Assembly (NCBI GenBank): GCA_041483895.1
Contig: JBGPGO010000017.1
Span: 13,808-77,807 of the forward strand
Reading direction: 5' to 3'
Length of the DNA stretch: 64,000 nucleotides
Source: Fimbriimonadia bacterium
GTDB taxonomy: Bacteria > Armatimonadota > Fimbriimonadia > Fimbriimonadales > JABRVX01
Position numbers and translations under genes: made by a program. Position 1 is the stretch's first letter, and each line of letters opens with the position of its first letter. A model generated the notes under the pieces. That model did not search any database and was not told the DNA's origin. It saw only the letters and a program-made list of their open reading frames with translations. Positions 59,125-64,000 of this stretch are shown here, piece after piece.

Positions 59125-59205
59125 AGAATCCGATAGTTCATAGTTGGCACAGATGTACCCGGTTTTTGACGAGAATGGCTGTGTGATCTATCGAATCAAG
59201 CGTTT

Positions 59206-59940
59206 CTAAGCAGCCGGCTTGCGAATTTCGGACTGAAGCTCCATCCACTCTTTCTCGGATTCTTCCGCCTCTTTCGCACGCAAAACTTTGTTGTCGGCCT
59301 GAGCCTTCTCGACGACTCCATTGATCCAAGCAAGGGCCTCTTCCGAGACGGTATCGAAGCGAACGTCCACTTCAAGGCCGGAGGTGGGATTGTCGTGCTC
59401 GCCGATCACGCGGATAACTTCGCCCATCACGATGAACCTCGAATCCGCCGTTGTGAACCGCACCCCAAGGCGGGTTCCCAGCCGCAGCCGAATACGCCCG
59501 TTCAACCGAGCGGAGGTCGTGCTCAGAGCAGAAACTTGGGACGGCAGCGTCTTGATTCCTTTGCCTTCGCCGGATGCCAAGAGGAGAACATCAGCCGGCA
59601 AGGAGGTTGGCGCCCGTACCGACTCGTCGTATACGACGACATTCCAAGCCTCGGGCGGCCGAATCGCGAACGCAAAGCCGCGGCGGCTTCGCTTGAAGTC
59701 CTCGACCGTTGCCATCGCGCTTTGCTCGATGTGACCGTCATCCAGGGCAAGCTGCACCTGCGTGCCGCGCAACGGCTTCGCCGATAGGGTTGGGATGACG
59801 AACCAGACGAGGTCCGGGTCCACCGCGACAACCATGCAGTTGACCGGGTCGTCCAAAATGCCTCGCCGCAAAAGCCGCAAGGACAGCCGTTCGCCGACCG
59901 TCAAAGGGATAAACTGATCGCCGGTAGCACGTGTCACCAT
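59206..59940 (-). CDS. YcgR-like PilZ-domain protein (degenerate)
   Basis: N-terminal beta domain, LS-x-x-x-ARL, GEVIR, V-x-F and C-terminal helix of the PilZ fold. Confidence 0.55.
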   Translation of the reverse strand: MVTRATGDQFIPLTVGERLSLRLLRRGILDDPVNCMVVAVDPDLVWFVIPTLSAKPLRGTQVQLALDDGHIEQSAMATVEDFKRSRRGFAFAIRPPEAWNVVVYDESVRAPTSLPADVLLLASGEGKGIKTLPSQVSALSTTSARLNGRIRLRLGTRLGVRFTTADSRFIVMGEVIRVIGEHDNPTSGLEVDVRFDTVSEEALAWINGVVEKAQADNKVLRAKEAEESEKEWMELQSEIRKPAA

Positions 59941-60043
59941 TAAGTATTATTCCAGTCCGGCAGAGGTTGACAGCCGGTAGTGTCACTAGTGATCTTCGTC
60001 AACCCCTCGGCCTAAGTGCAGGTATAAACCCCTACGGAGGTGC

Positions 60044-60556
60044 ATGATGCGAACGTGCCCAAACTGCGGGACCGGGCTAGAGACTATCAACTTTGCCGGG
60101 ACCGCGATAGATAAATGTCCGAAGTGCGCGGGAATCTGGTTTGACGCGAGTGAGTTGAAACGAGTGAAAGATGGAGATCCTACGGGTTGGAAGGAGATCG
60201 AAGACCAGATCGCGCCGCTGCCCGATAAGCCGATTACCCCCGACCCGGCCTGGAAGGCATGCCCCGCTTGCCGCCAGCCGATGTACCACTACCGGTTCAT
60301 GCTCAACTCGGACATCATGCTGGACCAATGTACGGCCTGCGACGGGATTTGGGTGGACGATGGCGAGCTAGGCCGGATGCAGCAGTTTTTGGATGAGTGC
60401 GCCAAGAAAGACCAAAAGCTGCCTGCGGAGGCAATCGCGATGGCTGGGGAGCTGGAGGCCAGAGCGCAGATGAATCGGGAGCGGGCACAGTCCATCATGG
60501 CATTCAATCATATCTTCATGACTCGTTTGCCCTTCATGGGCTATTTCGGCCCATGA
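60044..60556 (+). CDS. Double zf-TFIIB-like zinc-ribbon protein
   Basis: Two CP-x-C...D-x-C-x-x-C-x-GIW-x-D-x-x-EL units; GGAGG RBS. Confidence 0.88.
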   Translation: MMRTCPNCGTGLETINFAGTAIDKCPKCAGIWFDASELKRVKDGDPTGWKEIEDQIAPLPDKPITPDPAWKACPACRQPMYHYRFMLNSDIMLDQCTACDGIWVDDGELGRMQQFLDECAKKDQKLPAEAIAMAGELEARAQMNRERAQSIMAFNHIFMTRLPFMGYFGP

Positions 60557-61560
60557 CTTCTGCCGAGGATCGGGCGGTCGCGTTTTGCCGCGGCTGTGGG
60601 CAAATCTGTCCTGATCCGATTCCCGAACCGGGCCATTATTGGCGCTGCACCAACTGCAACAAACGGCGACGCATCCTGCGGGCCGATCCGGTCCATCGCC
60701 TCAAGGTCCTGATGACATGCGTGCGAAATCCCATCGACGCTGTGGCCAATCCGGCAATCGATGGCCTGGTTGTCTTTCGCGAGCAGGTGTTTGGGCCGCT
60801 GCTGACCGAGATCAAGAGACGGCCCCAACGGGCGTACGAAATTGGCGCCGCGATGGGCCGGATCAATAAAGAGATGGCGTTTGAGATGTTGATGAAACAG
60901 ATGCCAAATTCGAAGTGGAGCGCCTGTGTCACTTTGGTTGCGGCATCGCCAGTCCTAGTCATCACCCTGATATTCTCGATCGCCTCTCATGCATTTGCGC
61001 CTTTCCTTTTTGGTCTTGTTTTCGGACTCACGCTGTTTGGGCTCGGGCGAAGCCTGGTTGCAAGCGCCGCGCTTGGGGTCCCGCTGGCGCTGTGCGGTCT
61101 CGGCGATGTGCGCGCCGTGGGGCCGTTGGCGCGGGCTTACGATTCCGCGCACCTGCCGAAAGGCGCCAAGAGCGGATTGCAATCCCTTTTCGAAAAAGTA
61201 GAGGAGCGAAATGCCGGCGACTTTCGAAAAGAGGATCTGGAGATATTGGAAACACTGTGCATGGATGTTGATGCCGGGTTCGCCATCGCCGCCATCCGGG
61301 CGCTCGGTAACGTGGGAAATGAAGATACCAAATTCGATAACGTCCTCAAGATCGCGACGGTCAATAGCGATCGGGGCAAAGCGGCCTACGAAGCAAGAAA
61401 AAATCTGAAAGAAGCGATCGCGCGCCGGAAAGAGGCGAAGACTCTCTTACGCGCGGCGGATAGCGAAGACATGGATCCGAAGCGGCTGCTCCGCCCCGCT
61501 ACGGAAGGCGAAACGCATACCGACCAGCTTCTCCGACCCGCCGACCGAGATGCCTCGTAG
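60553..61560 (+). CDS. Membrane protein with zinc ribbon, HEAT-like repeats and C-terminal LLRA/LLRP motifs
   Basis: ATGA overlap start; CRGC/CTNC; two TM helices; LGDVRAVGPL, AIRALGNVG. Confidence 0.7.
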   Translation: MTSAEDRAVAFCRGCGQICPDPIPEPGHYWRCTNCNKRRRILRADPVHRLKVLMTCVRNPIDAVANPAIDGLVVFREQVFGPLLTEIKRRPQRAYEIGAAMGRINKEMAFEMLMKQMPNSKWSACVTLVAASPVLVITLIFSIASHAFAPFLFGLVFGLTLFGLGRSLVASAALGVPLALCGLGDVRAVGPLARAYDSAHLPKGAKSGLQSLFEKVEERNAGDFRKEDLEILETLCMDVDAGFAIAAIRALGNVGNEDTKFDNVLKIATVNSDRGKAAYEARKNLKEAIARRKEAKTLLRAADSEDMDPKRLLRPATEGETHTDQLLRPADRDAS

Positions 61561-61795
61561 CCGTGGGTCGGATTGCAATTATGCCATCACGTGCCCGTAC
61601 CCAAGACCCACGTGGCAACCATTCGATAACCTCCCAACGTGGGTCTTAGCAACTTCTCGCAGCCGAGGGTCGCATTGGCGCGGGGTTTTCAACGTCCAAC
61701 CACCAAGACCCACGTGGCAACCTCGCGATCACCTCTCAACGTGGGTCTTAGTTATCGTCATTCGATCAGTGGCTGCCAGTCCGACCCACGCCTAC
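61557..61795. repeat. Composite REP element (family D)
   Basis: Outer arms GTAGCCGTGGGTCGGA / TCCGACCCACGCCTAC; inner 49 bp hairpin units at 61601-61649 and 61703-61751. Confidence 0.85.
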
Positions 61796-61805
61796 TCTGC
61801 CGGAC

Positions 61806-63623
61806 CTACAGATGCACCATGGATCGGTCCACCGCCATGATCAAAAAGAGAAGCGCCAGATACAGCATCGAGTACTTGTACATAGAGACCGCATGCGGCC
61901 GGTCGGGAAAGCGCAAGAGCTGCACGCTTCGGGCCAAAAGCAGCGCATTGAGCAGTACCGCCGCGACCAGATAGACAGGCCCCAACCGCCCAACCATCGG
62001 CAAAATCGAGACGACCGCCGTGAGGACGGCGTACAGAGAAATCTGAATCACCGTCGCCCGATCGCCGTGGATAACCGGCAGCATAGGCACCCCGGCCTTC
62101 GCGTAATCGTCTTTGATCAGCAATGCCAGCGCCCAGAAATGCACGGGCGTCCACAGGAAGATGATGGCGAACAGCCACCAAGCAAGAGGACTCAGATCGT
62201 TTGTCACCGCCGCCCATCCGACCAGCGGCGGGAACGAACCGGCGGCGCCGCCGATCACGATGTTCTGCCACGTGCGGCGCTTGAGCAGCATCGTATAAAC
62301 GATGATATAAAACACCAGCCCCGCGAGCGCCATGAGAGCGGCCAACAGGTTCGAGGCCAGCGACAGCAATATGAAAGACCCGGCGCCGAGGCAGAACCCA
62401 AATACCAATGCGTTGGCGGGGGGAATCAAATTTGTTACCGTAGGACGGGACGCGGTGCGCTTCATTCGCTGGTCCAGGTCCCGTTCCAGCACCATGTTGA
62501 TCGTGTTTGCCGCGCCCGCCGCCATATAGCCGCCCACTGTAACGGCCATCAATAATCCGAATCCAGGCCATCCCTTCGCCGCGATGAACATGGCCGTGAT
62601 CGTGGTGAACAAGAGCAGGCTGATAACGCGGGGTTTCGTTAATGCGACATAACTTTTCCACGTCGCTTTCATCGGTGTGGCAGGAGTCTCCGGAGCTTGG
62701 GACTCAACCGGCACGATATCTTCAGCCATCGCGGAAGCAACGAACAGCACCAATGCGATCCAGAGAACGTCGGCGGCCAGAAGGTGCGTGATCTGCAGCC
62801 AGATCGGCGCTTGCAGAAACACGTTCATCGATCCAAGACCGGTCTGGACAACGAGCGTCCACACAATCCAGTTCGAGAAGCGCTTCACGTGATCCGAGGG
62901 GCGTAGGTGGCTGAGGAGCCCGGCGTTTAGGATCAGATAAAGGGCGACGGAGATCGCGATCATCGGGTGCAAAATACGCAGCCGGATCAGAAAGTGCGCC
63001 GTCGGGGAAAGGTCCAATTGCAGGTTCTGTGCAAACGTACCACCGGAGAAGAGCGTATCACCCAGCGCCGTCACCGCTCCGCTCGCTCCTAAGAAAAGCG
63101 TTCCCAAGAGCGCCAGCAGCAAAGCCCAACCCACCGCCCCTTGCCCGCGAATTCGGATTGCCGATCCGCCGCTTGCCCACCAGGCGGTCAGGGTCAGGGA
63201 AGCGAGTAGCAGGAAGGTAATCGAAAGATGAATGGACATCATGATAGCCCGGCCGACCGAAGCGTCCTGATTGACCCATTGGAAGCGGACCAGCCCCGCG
63301 CCGGCGAGAGCCTCGGTGACGAGGAACAGCAGCGAAAGGGACGCGCCCATTCGCACACGATGCTTGGCGGGATAGGCTCGGAAGGACCAAACGATGAGGG
63401 CAAAGACCGCCAGCAGCGCCAGCCCGCTGGCCGCGCGATGGCTGAACTCGATCACTTTCTCAGCGCTTTGGAATACCGGTAGGACTTCACCCCCACAGAG
63501 CGGCCAATGACTGCCACAACCGGCCCCGGAGAAGGTCGCGCGCACGAACGCTCCACCAAGAATGACGAGCAGGTTGTACGCCAGCACTCCCCACGCAAAG
63601 TGATGGAAACGAAGTCGTCTCAT
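61806..63623 (-). CDS. ctaB: Fused heme A synthase (CtaA-like) and heme O synthase (CtaB/CyoE)
   Basis: N-terminal GAGCG-x-x-WPLC, EFSHR; C-terminal LTKPRV, D-x-x-MKRT-x-x-RP, YT-x-x-[15 protein letters not shown]-x-x-AG-x-PMLP. Confidence 0.92.
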   Translation of the reverse strand: MRRLRFHHFAWGVLAYNLLVILGGAFVRATFSGAGCGSHWPLCGGEVLPVFQSAEKVIEFSHRAASGLALLAVFALIVWSFRAYPAKHRVRMGASLSLLFLVTEALAGAGLVRFQWVNQDASVGRAIMMSIHLSITFLLLASLTLTAWWASGGSAIRIRGQGAVGWALLLALLGTLFLGASGAVTALGDTLFSGGTFAQNLQLDLSPTAHFLIRLRILHPMIAISVALYLILNAGLLSHLRPSDHVKRFSNWIVWTLVVQTGLGSMNVFLQAPIWLQITHLLAADVLWIALVLFVASAMAEDIVPVESQAPETPATPMKATWKSYVALTKPRVISLLLFTTITAMFIAAKGWPGFGLLMAVTVGGYMAAGAANTINMVLERDLDQRMKRTASRPTVTNLIPPANALVFGFCLGAGSFILLSLASNLLAALMALAGLVFYIIVYTMLLKRRTWQNIVIGGAAGSFPPLVGWAAVTNDLSPLAWWLFAIIFLWTPVHFWALALLIKDDYAKAGVPMLPVIHGDRATVIQISLYAVLTAVVSILPMVGRLGPVYLVAAVLLNALLLARSVQLLRFPDRPHAVSMYKYSMLYLALLFLIMAVDRSMVHL

Positions 63624-63773
63624 GCGGTCAGTTCACCCACCGGACAGAGAATACCTGTTTGAACCTATGGGATGCCAATTCCAGCATGCCTACCAGTGCC
63701 AGATGCCCAGGCTCCCGTTATAATACCGCTGTTCGTATTGTCAGCTAGCAACTGTTTTGGAAAGAGGAGAAAA

Positions 63774-64000
63774 ATGCTTCGACGCATGTTCTTGGTCCTT
63801 GCGACCGCAGCGATCACAACTACAGCTTTCACTGATGTCGGGGACGGCAACACTTCCGGGAACACTGGAGGCACCACCAACAACGGCAATTCATCGAGCA
63901 CCGAACTGTGGGTGTCCGGACAAGACGGCCACACTTACGGGATGTTTGCGTTCAACGAGTCGACGGGAACGACCTTCGGCCCATCCAAATGCAAGAGAAC
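63774..64000 (+). CDS. Secreted hypothetical protein, N-terminal part (runs off the window)
   Basis: GAGGAG RBS; signal peptide MLRRMFLVLATAAITTTAFT; open to the window end. Confidence 0.6.
   Translation, partial: MLRRMFLVLATAAITTTAFTDVGDGNTSGNTGGTTNNGNSSSTELWVSGQDGHTYGMFAFNESTGTTFGPSKCKR

Noticed and set aside
61601..61751. Two 49 bp direct repeats as CRISPR
   Set aside because: Only two units, enclosed by REP-type inverted arms; no cas genes or leader.

Overview
GC-rich (roughly 60% by eye) chromosomal window from a diderm bacterium. An Armatimonadota (Fimbriimonadia-like) origin is inferred from kdsA, a PEP-CTERM protein, several secreted proteins with dockerin-like EF-hand tails and C-terminal 'LLRP' motifs. 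Housekeeping genes include a pilB/gspE-type ATPase, HDOD, pilT, kdsA, phoB/phoR, nfo, rnpB, crp, split comEC, dciA, recF, murJ, kynB-like, uxs-like and a ctaA-ctaB fusion. A DnaA-box cluster with an AT-rich tract upstream of recF is a candidate oriC. A small defence/TA island (about 15.3-21.0 kb) holds an AlbA_2 protein, a single-chain R-M enzyme, hicAB pieces and MNT-HEPN, with recombination scars. The main accessory feature is a compact 16.6 kb virion-morphogenesis cluster (39.5-56.1 kb): terminase, Mu-like portal, protease and capsid, adaptor, tail tube, a -1 frameshift chaperone and tail proteins. No integrase, transposase, replication, repressor or endolysin gene is recognisable in it. 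It has its own sigma70-type promoters and a leader terminator. Its head module is intact, while the genes downstream of the capsid carry four in-frame stops and one frameshift. It is a candidate gene-transfer-agent-like or domesticated capsid system, or a decaying prophage. At least four REP/boxC-like repeat families occur, one inserted in helix P12 of RNase P RNA. All calls come from reading the sequence; no database searches were run.
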